Source: a virus
Taxonomy: Duplodnaviria > Caudoviricetes
IMG/VR virus record: IMGVR_UViG_3300048592_000946
Span: 1 to 44,448 of that record
DNA: 44,448 nt
Reading direction: 5' to 3' (one strand)
The notes below the pieces were generated by a model. The model was not told the origin of the DNA. It saw nothing but the letters and a program-made list of their open reading frames with translations, and made no database searches. The translations under genes and the position numbers were made by a program. Shown here piece by piece: positions 5,807 to 14,994 of the stretch (position 1 is its first letter; the number at the start of each line of letters is the position of its first letter).

Positions 5807-8125
5807 TTACCACCCCGCCATCGCCGTAGTTGTGCGCTGATACTGGATAACAACGCCAAACAACCACGCATCTTCGGTCATATTGTCCGTGCCGTCCGTA
5901 TTGCGGTAAACCTCGAACACAACCAGCTTACCGGCAGCGGGTGTGCCGCCGATGGTCATTGCCCCAGTTGCCGCCGAAATCTGCAAGTCCGCGCCGTTAT
6001 CGGCAAGCAGGGCGTCGGATACCGTGACTGCCGTACCTTTGGCGACATCCATTGCGCCGTCGTTATCAATTGCAACGGCGCTGATGCCCCATTCCACGGT
6101 ATCGCTCGTTGAGCTCCCCGTAGCAGACGACCAGTAAAATTTGGCCTTGACCGTGCCTAAATCATAATCTTCCGGCATGACGATCTTGAAGGAAACGCGC
6201 TCTTCCGTCGCGCCGGTGTCAAAAGCGAAATAGTCCGCGTCAAGATCATTTGTTCCGTATTCTTTCGTGCCGGTTTCTGCCGGGTTTGTGGTCGCCGGGA
6301 CCATTGCGCCAGCGTCGATGTATATGGTTTTATATCCAGAGATGCCTAAATCTGTTTGAACTTCGGCAATACTTTTACTTTCAATCCCGTTCGCGGTGAA
6401 TTTTGCATATTCACCCGTTGCCGCATCTGCGGAATCTACTGTCAGAACATGATTATCGGTAATCGCTTGCGGGAACTGGTCTTTCAGGTCTGCCGCGACT
6501 TCCGATTTTGACCGGCTTTCAAGCCCATTTGCCGTAAACCGCGCATATTCATCGTCAGCCGCATCTGCGGAATCCATCTGCACGATATTGTTGTCGGCAA
6601 TGCCTATGGCAACATCATCAATCGACCCGCCCGTAAGCCGCCCTAAGACGGTCTGCTCGGCCATTGATATACCGTCAATGTTTGCCGCGCCGATTCTGGC
6701 AACCACTTCTTCCGCGCCGATGCTGACTTTTGCCGCTGTATTTGCGCCAGTGCCTATGGCCAGATCCCCGGCAGCGTCCCATATTGTATCCGTGGCAACA
6801 TCGCCACTACCGCCCGCCGCCGCTTTCCATACCGCGTTCCCGGTAACGGTATCTTTGGTAAGCACATGCTCATTCGTGGCCGCTGATACCGCCGTCAGCG
6901 CGTCAATGGCCGCTTGCGCTGTGGTCTGCCCTGTGCCGCCCGATGCTACGGCAAGAGTTGATGATAGCCCCGCCGCCGTGCCGCTTGTATTCTGGTTAAA
7001 TGTCGGCCATGTCGCCGTCGCGGATGTCCATGTCCATGTTCCCGTAGGCGTGTACGTCCCGCCAAGCTCAAGCAGCGTATCGTTTGCATCCCGCACAGTC
7101 TTTGCCCGTGTCTCGCCAGCAGCCGGGCCGGTTATGGTCGTCAGGCCGGTTGTGGCGGGGCTTTTGAGGCTTCCGGCGCTTCCGGTAGTATCCTGATTGA
7201 GCGTGCCGACTTCAAAATCAATTGTTCCATCATCATCCTGATAGGTAACAGATACCCCGGTTTCCGTGTTGCTGGATACCATCGCGCCAACCTTATCCTG
7301 CACCTGTTCATCGGTAAGCGTCGTATCCGTGTAATTCCCGCTGTGAATGTCAGTTGCGCCCTGATCCGTTGTCCAGTCGATAATCTCGTTGCCGGATGGA
7401 ATCGTGGGTGTATTGATCAGATCCGCATAATCGTAATCCCAATTAAATGAGACAAGCGCATCCCATGCCGAAGCGTTCCAGTCCTCATCCGCTTTAATGG
7501 CCGTTACCGCGTCGGAATCCGTGTATTGCGTGATTGTGCAGTTAAATGTCGTTCCCTCAAGCCCCATGCCGGTTCCGGCTGAATATGTTGTGTTCGTGTC
7601 CGTGTAATTATCAGCGTGGATAACAGCCGGGGCTTGCGACACAGACCAGTCAACAAATGACGGGTCCGTTTCTTCGGTTAAAAAATCATCAAGCGGACCA
7701 GTTAAAAGCCATGCGGCAAAATCTGGATCTTCTTCCTCTGTCAAGTAGCCTTCCGATGTCCACGGCGTGCCGGTAACAAACCCCGAATAATCCAGCCATG
7801 CAAAAGCGCCGGGATCATCATCCCATATAATCGCTCTATCAGCGCCGGGGTCCGTCAATTCAAGATCAAGCTGTTGGCTGGTCAACGACAAAAACAGGTC
7901 CGCAAACGTTCCAAGTGTTACCGCGTCATGCCCGCCGCCAAGCCCGCTGATAGTATCTGCAATCTCAGCAAGCACGGTCTCGACATCCTCGCCGGTAAAG
8001 TTTTCCTCGGTATCGGCTACGGCCACATCTTCGGCATCCGTCGTTGGAGCCGGGATGAGATTAGACAAGAGTTCCGCTTGTGCCGGAGCCGCCAGAAGCA
8101 GGAATAAGAGTACAAGTTTTTTCAT
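5807..8125 (-). CDS. Tail-fibre-like acidic protein with predicted Sec signal peptide (772 aa)
   Basis: The revised start has a GGAGA SD and gives MKKLVLLFLLLAAPAQA|E. Fibre-type motifs include LAVASGGTGQTTAQAA, EQVQDKVGAMV...VTYQDDDGTIDF and LTEExDPxF x2. Internal repeat DSADAAxxEYAxFTANGxES x2. Confidence 0.8.
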   Translation of the reverse strand: MKKLVLLFLLLAAPAQAELLSNLIPAPTTDAEDVAVADTEENFTGEDVETVLAEIADTISGLGGGHDAVTLGTFADLFLSLTSQQLDLELTDPGADRAIIWDDDPGAFAWLDYSGFVTGTPWTSEGYLTEEEDPDFAAWLLTGPLDDFLTEETDPSFVDWSVSQAPAVIHADNYTDTNTTYSAGTGMGLEGTTFNCTITQYTDSDAVTAIKADEDWNASAWDALVSFNWDYDYADLINTPTIPSGNEIIDWTTDQGATDIHSGNYTDTTLTDEQVQDKVGAMVSSNTETGVSVTYQDDDGTIDFEVGTLNQDTTGSAGSLKSPATTGLTTITGPAAGETRAKTVRDANDTLLELGGTYTPTGTWTWTSATATWPTFNQNTSGTAAGLSSTLAVASGGTGQTTAQAAIDALTAVSAATNEHVLTKDTVTGNAVWKAAAGGSGDVATDTIWDAAGDLAIGTGANTAAKVSIGAEEVVARIGAANIDGISMAEQTVLGRLTGGSIDDVAIGIADNNIVQMDSADAADDEYARFTANGLESRSKSEVAADLKDQFPQAITDNHVLTVDSADAATGEYAKFTANGIESKSIAEVQTDLGISGYKTIYIDAGAMVPATTNPAETGTKEYGTNDLDADYFAFDTGATEERVSFKIVMPEDYDLGTVKAKFYWSSATGSSTSDTVEWGISAVAIDNDGAMDVAKGTAVTVSDALLADNGADLQISAATGAMTIGGTPAAGKLVVFEVYRNTDGTDNMTEDAWLFGVVIQYQRTTTAMAGW

Positions 8126-8126
8126 G

Positions 8127-9524
8127 TCATTCTCCACTCGTTGAAATTGTGCTTGCGCCGCCCTTGCTGATCGTTGACGCGCCGCCTTTGGTTATGCTGC
8201 CGGGGGTGGGGTCGGGATCGGGTGGTGCAACATCAGCCCCGACAAGAGATACGTCCGCGCCCATATCGCTACTGTCCGCACATGCTTGATATCCGGCACT
8301 TTCGGATGTCAGCGCAAACCCGGCAATGGTTTCGGGGCTTGCGCCGCCTACAAAGGTAGGCGTACCGGCGATAGAATTAGCATCTGTGCTGTTGTACGCC
8401 TGCCATTCGGCCACGGTGTAGGTGTCCCGGTCGTTATAGACCCCGGCCCCATAAAGATTGTAATCCCCTGATGTATTATGGCTCCCGCTGCCGTATGGGA
8501 ATACATCAAACCTCGATATCAGGATGTTATTTTCAAACTCATTATATTGTGCGCCGGGCAAGGCGTTGTCGCCGCTTCGCGTCTTATCTTCCAAAGTAAC
8601 GCTGCCGATAATCGTGTTATGGGTGAATGTGTTATAGTCTGATCCTATATTCCCATCAGCGCTTGCCCCGGAATCGTAACCCATTGAAAAGCTGCCATCG
8701 AAAATATTATTAACGAAGTCCGTGTAATTCGCTTGGGTGTTGATTACGCGCCCTACGGTGTGAATATAGGTGTTTTGAACCGTCCCGCCGTCGCTGTCGT
8801 CCGCGTTGGCGTGCTTATTGTAAAATATGCCCGTGTTCACATTGGATATTTCACAATTCTTAATGGCCCAGTTTTCAGACTCAAACATCATGATCCCGCA
8901 AGTATTCATTGACCCATACGGTGCGGGGCATTCGGTATCGTTGCAGTCGAACACGCCAGTGCCGGTTATCTTAACGTTTTCGATGGTGACATGGGTAGCA
9001 ACATCCTCGCCGGTTTGCCGAGCAAAAACGATCCCGCCATTCTGCCCGTATTTCGCAAACGTCCACGTTCCATTTTTGAGAGTGAAATAATCGGCAACCC
9101 CAGCTTTAGAGGCCCACCCCATTACGAAAAATCCGGTATCAGCAAAGCAAAATTCCGCGCCGGTCCATGTCCCATTAATCCCATCAACGGTTATGTTATT
9201 CTCGCTAACCATAATTACGCCGCGGTCAGCGCAAAGCGAGCTTGCCCACGTCACCGACTCGTCCTGATAATTCGTATGGGTCACATTTGAACCACTGGTC
9301 AGGTTATCAATCTGCGTTGTTATAGTGTACGTCCCGGCCCGGTAATAAACGACATCATTGGTCTGAGCGTCCGCCCACGCTTTTTCAACGGTCGCCCAAG
9401 GATTGTCTATATCGTTATTGGCATAAGACACGGCATCGCTGCCGGTGGTGGATACAAACAAGTCTTTTGCCGCCACAGGAACAGCCGACATAGCGATTAA
9501 TAAGGTAACAAGATATTTAATCAT
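8127..9524 (-). CDS. Right-handed parallel beta-helix (pectin-lyase-like) protein with predicted Sec signal peptide
   Basis: MIKYLVTLLIAMSAVPVAA|K, then a typical beta-helix N-cap FVSTTGSD...NPWATVEKA...VVYYRAGTY. Asn-ladder turns NNIF, HNTI and NNIL, plus DYNLY. Ends in a Pro-rich linker and KGGASTIS repeats. Confidence 0.8.
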   Translation of the reverse strand: MIKYLVTLLIAMSAVPVAAKDLFVSTTGSDAVSYANNDIDNPWATVEKAWADAQTNDVVYYRAGTYTITTQIDNLTSGSNVTHTNYQDESVTWASSLCADRGVIMVSENNITVDGINGTWTGAEFCFADTGFFVMGWASKAGVADYFTLKNGTWTFAKYGQNGGIVFARQTGEDVATHVTIENVKITGTGVFDCNDTECPAPYGSMNTCGIMMFESENWAIKNCEISNVNTGIFYNKHANADDSDGGTVQNTYIHTVGRVINTQANYTDFVNNIFDGSFSMGYDSGASADGNIGSDYNTFTHNTIIGSVTLEDKTRSGDNALPGAQYNEFENNILISRFDVFPYGSGSHNTSGDYNLYGAGVYNDRDTYTVAEWQAYNSTDANSIAGTPTFVGGASPETIAGFALTSESAGYQACADSSDMGADVSLVGADVAPPDPDPTPGSITKGGASTISKGGASTISTSGE

Positions 9525-12500
9525 TCGTGTATATCTCTATTTTCGGTGCGCCGGTTGCGCCGCCGGACAGGGATTTATCAGCGTTCCATCGTTCCGCTGT
9601 CCCGCTTGGTATTACTTCGTCGCTGTTAAGCTCAAGCTCGGCATAATTAGAGGCATCGGCCTCGCCGTCCATTGTAATGACGATCATGTACCGGGTGCTG
9701 CCGGTCATTTCGTAGCCAGCCGACCACTCAAAGCTGACCGCTGTGCCGGTTGACAATGAGGCATCGGCCCAACTATTTGAGCCGGTCACAGTCGCATCGG
9801 CTTCTGTCATTGCGTTGAGATTGTTCGTTGACGCGGTGCATAAATAAGCCCGGAAGGTCTTCCCGCTGATATCGCCCGCCTTGTAGCTGATGTAAAAATC
9901 AACCTGACAAACCGTTATCGTTTCGGCGGGAACAATATCCGTGCCGACATATTTGTAAGCTGCATCGTCAAAAATATCTATGTCGGTCGTACCAACTGAG
10001 GTTGCATCATAAGCTGACGAGCATGTTACTTCCGGCACGTTATTCGTGACCGCCATATCGGTAAGCGTTGCCAGATTATTACCCGACATGTCCTGTATGC
10101 CGTCGCCGGGTTGCGTGTAGTCCAGCCCATCGGCAATGGTTTCGCCGTAGCCAATGGCCGAATCCCCGGTATAAACAAGCTCTGTGGTTTCATCGCCCGA
10201 ATCGTAGGTAAGCGCGACTGATCCGGTGGTTGACCATTCAACGGTGAAATCATCCCATCCGTCAACGCCGCTGGTGACGGGTTCACTGGCCGGGAAACGA
10301 TAGGTAACGCCGTCTGCGTCAACGGAAGCAGATAAGAGGGTCGGAGGCGTGGTGTCCGTCCATGCGTAGCTCTGGTCTGGTATAACGGAAGATGTAATTT
10401 TCCAACCCATGTTGACATCGGAATAGTCAAAGTGCAGCACCGCTCCTTTATAATCAATGGTCAAATCTTCGTCTTGGCCTTCGATATTGCTGCCGTTGCG
10501 GCCAACCGTGATCGTATTTGTTGTGGCGGCATATTTATAGTCAGCCATTCCCCACGGGCTTTTTACGCCAGCCTCAGGAGCAGCAGGGGCTGTAATCGTT
10601 ACATTACCCGCTGTCGCGTCGACCATGTACCCATTGCCGGATTCCGCATTTGTGTTTTCGGTGATGATGTTTGACCAGTCAAGGCCGCCACTCGGCATCT
10701 CAAGGTCGTTGTCAAAATCAGATAACGGGATGTTTTCCTGATCGTCGTCATACCACTCCCCGGGAACAAGATAATCGGTTCCGGCGACTAAAGGTGTTTG
10801 GTAGTCGGTTCCAGCAGTCAGCGGGGTTTGGTAGGAATCATCTTCGCCCACGGCTTTAAACGTCTTTTTGACCCCGCCGCCCGCGCCGATTTCAAGCTCA
10901 TCGTCAGTTGCATCCCACCCCATCACGCCTTCATCGGTGGAATCTTCGTCGCCAAGCGTGATGGTTATAGTTTCGCCATCTTCGATGTAAAGCCCATCGA
11001 AATACGTCTCAAGCGTCGCTTTCAAGTTCGCCCATGTAACAAAGCTCATGACATAACTTGCCGCCGAATTAATCAGCGGGATCTCGTCAGCGTCAGCGGG
11101 TGTGGTCTTGCCGGATGTGGCGTGGATCAGGGTTGCAACCCCATCGGCTGTTTGGGGATCGCCCGGAGGCCCGACAATGCTCACGCCAGCGGGCCACGTT
11201 GTCGCCTTCGGGCCGTAGATAAAATTTGTGGCGGTGTTGATATAGAAATCACCGTCCACACCTTCGGTTGTCGGATCGACCGCCCCGTAAAGGATGGTTT
11301 TGCCGTCTGCACCATCCACTCCGTCAGCCCCGTCTGCCCCATCGTCTCCATCAGCGCCGACAATATTAAGGACAAAGCTCCAGATATCCCCGGCCATATA
11401 TTCGTAGACATCGCCTGTGCTGTAATCCAGCGCAAACGATCCAACGCCCCCGGCAGGGGGGTCGGTCGGGATGCCGTTGACAGATTCCCATGTTGATCCA
11501 TCAGCACCATCTAAGCCGTCCGCGCCGTCAAGTCCGTTTGCACCGTCATTGCCCGTAATATCAGTAAGAGCGACTAAATTTTGCCATTCACCATCACCGA
11601 GCTTCCATTGGATATGCGTTTCTGTTTTTTGCAAAGAAACTTCTTCGCCGTCTGCTCCAGCAAGGCCATTTTCACCATCAGCACCAGTGATATCAGCCAA
11701 GGCCACAAGGTCGGACCATTCACCGCCGACATATCGCCATTGGATATGAGTTGCCATTTTCTGTAATTCGATTTCTGTTCCATCAGCCCCATCTTCTCCA
11801 TCTGCCCCAGTTATGGAAGCAATAGAGATGATGTTCGTCCATTCAGCCGCCAGCGACAACTTCCACTGGATGTATCCAGAATCAACACGGATTTCCACGC
11901 TGTCGCCGTCTGTGCCGGGTGTCCCTGGATCGCCGGGATCACCGGGATCTCCCTCAAGGTCGGCTACGGCAATGATGTTTTTCCACTCATCGGCGGGAGT
12001 CTGATCATACCAGCGCCAGCGGATGTTGGTTCCGTCATTGTCAATTTCAACTTCACGGCCATCTGTGCCATCAACAGGCGGTGCTCCGCCGTCAGCAATG
12101 ATCTTGCCGGTTTCGCCGCTGAAAACAACGATGTTCCCGTCAACGGATGATGCAGGGCCGGTCACATCACCGTCGCCTGTACCGCCGCCTTCGGATTCTG
12201 CCGCCCACGCGCCATCCTTGCGAACATAGCCCGTGCCGTCGCTGGGCGCGTCGTCAATGGTTGCCATGCCGCCAAGGTTCAGGGCCGTCACAATGTTATC
12301 CCATGATATCCAGTACAGCGCCTCGGTGATGATAATCGGGAAATTGCCGCCTGTGGGATCGGTTTCCTCATCCGTCCCGCTGATAGCGTTTTCCATGTTT
12401 TCGGCGGTAACAGATGCTTCCCCTGGGGCTGCCGGGGCGAACGTGCCGTCCTCCTGCTGCGTTAGCACATCGCCTGTCTCACCGCCGTCAAGGATTAGGG

Positions 12501-12612
12501 CGTCAACCTTGGCCTTGTCCTCATCGGTGTAGTCATTGACAGACCAAGGATCAGCCGACGCGACAGCCGCCCAAAAACAAATCAATAAAATTATGAAATA
12601 TTTTTTCATCAT
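9517..12612 (-). CDS. Collagen-like mosaic fibre protein with predicted Sec signal peptide (1031 aa)
   Basis: The revised start overlaps the upstream stop (ATGA) and gives MMKKYFIILLICFWAAVASA|D. Contains Gly-X-Y runs, four ExxxxxxxIxW(R/K) modules, a foldon-like DAPSDGTGYVRKDGAW, GDVTGPASSVDGNIVVF and an Ig-like DTTPPTL segment. Confidence 0.82.
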   Translation of the reverse strand: MMKKYFIILLICFWAAVASADPWSVNDYTDEDKAKVDALILDGGETGDVLTQQEDGTFAPAAPGEASVTAENMENAISGTDEETDPTGGNFPIIITEALYWISWDNIVTALNLGGMATIDDAPSDGTGYVRKDGAWAAESEGGGTGDGDVTGPASSVDGNIVVFSGETGKIIADGGAPPVDGTDGREVEIDNDGTNIRWRWYDQTPADEWKNIIAVADLEGDPGDPGDPGTPGTDGDSVEIRVDSGYIQWKLSLAAEWTNIISIASITGADGEDGADGTEIELQKMATHIQWRYVGGEWSDLVALADITGADGENGLAGADGEEVSLQKTETHIQWKLGDGEWQNLVALTDITGNDGANGLDGADGLDGADGSTWESVNGIPTDPPAGGVGSFALDYSTGDVYEYMAGDIWSFVLNIVGADGDDGADGADGVDGADGKTILYGAVDPTTEGVDGDFYINTATNFIYGPKATTWPAGVSIVGPPGDPQTADGVATLIHATSGKTTPADADEIPLINSAASYVMSFVTWANLKATLETYFDGLYIEDGETITITLGDEDSTDEGVMGWDATDDELEIGAGGGVKKTFKAVGEDDSYQTPLTAGTDYQTPLVAGTDYLVPGEWYDDDQENIPLSDFDNDLEMPSGGLDWSNIITENTNAESGNGYMVDATAGNVTITAPAAPEAGVKSPWGMADYKYAATTNTITVGRNGSNIEGQDEDLTIDYKGAVLHFDYSDVNMGWKITSSVIPDQSYAWTDTTPPTLLSASVDADGVTYRFPASEPVTSGVDGWDDFTVEWSTTGSVALTYDSGDETTELVYTGDSAIGYGETIADGLDYTQPGDGIQDMSGNNLATLTDMAVTNNVPEVTCSSAYDATSVGTTDIDIFDDAAYKYVGTDIVPAETITVCQVDFYISYKAGDISGKTFRAYLCTASTNNLNAMTEADATVTGSNSWADASLSTGTAVSFEWSAGYEMTGSTRYMIVITMDGEADASNYAELELNSDEVIPSGTAERWNADKSLSGGATGAPKIEIYTND

Positions 12613-13364
12613 GTCGGTGTACCCCATTTTCCAAGTGCGCTGATGCCGATCCATGTTCTAACGGCATACTTGTATTCCAGCGTGACAGCCGCAAACAAAC
12701 TGCCGCTGATCAATTGTGTTTCTCCCGTGGACACCAATGTGTCGCCGTCAGCGGCATTGGCAATCACCCGGCCGGTGCTGCCCTGGATAAACGTCACCCG
12801 TTTCCCGTTCATTGCTTCCGTCCCGGCCGGCAGGTAAATGTTTTTGTCCGTGGCCGCCAGCAGACAAATAGAGCGGCGGCTCAGATCCGCCGTCACCATG
12901 TTATAGTCCGTAGTCACATCCAGGGCCGCCGTGGTTCCGATGACGCCGACCAGCACGGCATCGTCAGCGGCCTCATCCGATACGATCATTCGCACCTGGG
13001 CCACCACCCGGCCACTGGGGTATGTCGCGTCAAAGACGATCACTTCGGCGGCGTTGTCCGTGCCAGGCGAAAAGGGCGCTGTCCCCGGATCAATCATCAC
13101 ACGGCCGAAGGAGGCAGATGTTTCCCAATCAAACATTCCTTCGTTTTCAGCCACATCGGAATCGATATATTCCGCATTCGCCCCCGCGACCGGCGTATAT
13201 TTCAAAACCACCCGGGTAATCGCCTCCATCTGGGCCGCCGAATACGGTTGATACGCGACGGGGTTGAGCACCACCACGCTAAACGGGCTGTTCCGGCCGA
13301 TAAAGATCTTTACCGGCTGCGACACCAGCACCGGCGTGTTCATCTGGATTTGTCGTATCGTCAT
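12609..13364 (-). CDS. Tail-tip/fibre adaptor-like protein
   Basis: 251 aa, last gene of the GC-rich tail-tip block. The C-terminal beta domain (IYLPAG...GKRVTFIQ...AAVTLEY...WI...GKW) is of a type seen in phage fibres. No signal peptide. Confidence 0.6.
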   Translation of the reverse strand: MTIRQIQMNTPVLVSQPVKIFIGRNSPFSVVVLNPVAYQPYSAAQMEAITRVVLKYTPVAGANAEYIDSDVAENEGMFDWETSASFGRVMIDPGTAPFSPGTDNAAEVIVFDATYPSGRVVAQVRMIVSDEAADDAVLVGVIGTTAALDVTTDYNMVTADLSRRSICLLAATDKNIYLPAGTEAMNGKRVTFIQGSTGRVIANAADGDTLVSTGETQLISGSLFAAVTLEYKYAVRTWIGISALGKWGTPT

Positions 13365-13377
13365 TCGGTTGTTCTCC

Positions 13378-14166
13378 TTATCCGCTCAACGGGATGGTAA
13401 ACGCATCATTGCTCAATACATCGGCCTCGCTGCTCACGTACAGGCCGTTCGGATCGGTCACCCGCAGGGCATACCGGCGGCCGGGGATCAGCATGCCAAG
13501 ATACGCCACACCGGCGGCATTGGTGGTGCCCGCCAAAGCGCCGTTTACGTGCACCCGGATGCCGGCCACCGGCTCATCCGTGCAGAAATCCCGGACTTCG
13601 ATATCCGTGGCCACCGGGGCCGGGTCGTCGCCCTCGCCGCGCTTCCAGGTGATGGTGGTATCGGTTTTGTTGCCGTCTTCATCCTCCACGATCACCACCA
13701 CGGGCATTTCATCGTGCACGCCCATGTCCCGGTCCGTCACGGTCAGTTGCCAGCGGTCGCCCAGGGCCTCATAGGTGGCACAAAGGACACCCACCACCGG
13801 CTCATTTAAAAATACCTGGTCGTCGATAAATTTCGGGGTTCCGCCGGCACGACCCCGCCACTCCCAGTCCACCGCGCCCAGGGGAGTCTGGCTGAGTTTC
13901 CCCATGGCCGAATCGGCAAAGGTGATGCATTCCGTATACTCTGTGGGAATGTTCGACCCGATCTTTCTGGCTGTGCCGGCTGAGGTTTCCACGTCGGCGC
14001 CGGGCGGGATCACGTCGAAAAACGCGGATTCCCCCGGCCCGAATTCGGTCTTCCCCTCGTTGCGGTCGTCGTCCAGGTCGATAAACACCTGCTCCCGGTC
14101 CTGGTCCGCGCGGACATCATTAGGGCGGCCGTAGTTGACGGTGGTAGATGTGGTGGGCGCGCTCAT
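13378..14166 (-). CDS. Minor tail protein
   Basis: 262 aa, acidic and beta-rich, in the tail-tip block. The C-terminus (PVAGIRVHVNG...GTTNAAG) resembles a carboxypeptidase-regulatory-like/transthyretin-like sandwich. Confidence 0.65.
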   Translation of the reverse strand: MSAPTTSTTVNYGRPNDVRADQDREQVFIDLDDDRNEGKTEFGPGESAFFDVIPPGADVETSAGTARKIGSNIPTEYTECITFADSAMGKLSQTPLGAVDWEWRGRAGGTPKFIDDQVFLNEPVVGVLCATYEALGDRWQLTVTDRDMGVHDEMPVVVIVEDEDGNKTDTTITWKRGEGDDPAPVATDIEVRDFCTDEPVAGIRVHVNGALAGTTNAAGVAYLGMLIPGRRYALRVTDPNGLYVSSEADVLSNDAFTIPLSG

Positions 14167-14168
14167 TG

Positions 14169-14732
14169 TTACAAAACTCCCACCAGGTAGACCACCACGG
14201 GATAGGAGGTAAATCCGTCCACACCGAACCCGGCGGGCTGGGCCACGTTGGACAGCCGCCGCAGATCATACCGGGTCTCAAACCGGACATTATAGACGCC
14301 CACCAGGGGATCAAGCGGGCCGGTGGATTGCTTGGAACACCGGATACTGGTCGGGCCGGCCTTGCTGATGGCCCCTAGGCTTGCCCCGCCCATGGCCGAG
14401 GCTGAAATCAGCCGGTGCAGATACCCGGAAACGCCGGCCACGTCCGATCCGGTGAAGGCCACGGCCTGCTGCACTTCCGCGGTCAAGCCGGTGCGGTGGC
14501 CGTTTTCAGATCCGTCTGAGGTCACCACGATCAGTGATGTGATATTGGGCGTCTTGAAAACGCGATAATATACCGTATCGCCGAACAGGAATGATGATTT
14601 GCCGCCGTTGTCGTCAGCCTCCACGGCCACGGAGAGATGAGCCTCTGCCGGCGCGTCCGGGTTTTCCGGATCAAAAATTTCGGTTTGAAACGAAATGCTT
14701 AGCGACGCGGTGGGATATTGTCTTTCAGCCAT
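14169..14732 (-). CDS. Minor tail protein
   Basis: 187 aa, tightly packed in the operon. Confidence 0.65.
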   Translation of the reverse strand: MAERQYPTASLSISFQTEIFDPENPDAPAEAHLSVAVEADDNGGKSSFLFGDTVYYRVFKTPNITSLIVVTSDGSENGHRTGLTAEVQQAVAFTGSDVAGVSGYLHRLISASAMGGASLGAISKAGPTSIRCSKQSTGPLDPLVGVYNVRFETRYDLRRLSNVAQPAGFGVDGFTSYPVVVYLVGVL

Positions 14733-14994
14733 CGATGACGACCTCCTGTTTAGTTAAAAAATTAAGTTGCTTGGTGGCCGCGATAATATAGCGTCCCTTT
14801 TCGGTGCGGTTGACCACCACCCGGGCGCCGGGCACCAGCTCCGCATCAGCGGCCGGTGACGTGGCGGCCCGGATCACCAGCTCCCTGGCCCCGACGCTCA
14901 CCCGGTACCGCCGGTCGCCCACGGCCTCCAGGATCACGCCGGACTCCACGTAAGAGCCGGCCGGGACCCCTAAGAGTTGAAGGATGTCAGACAT
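14725..14994 (-). CDS. Small tail-tip protein, possibly OB-fold spike-like
   Basis: 89 aa following the hub-like gene. GVI...YRVSV...LVPGARVVV...YII pattern. Confidence 0.55.
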   Translation of the reverse strand: MSDILQLLGVPAGSYVESGVILEAVGDRRYRVSVGARELVIRAATSPAADAELVPGARVVVNRTEKGRYIIAATKQLNFLTKQEVVIDG

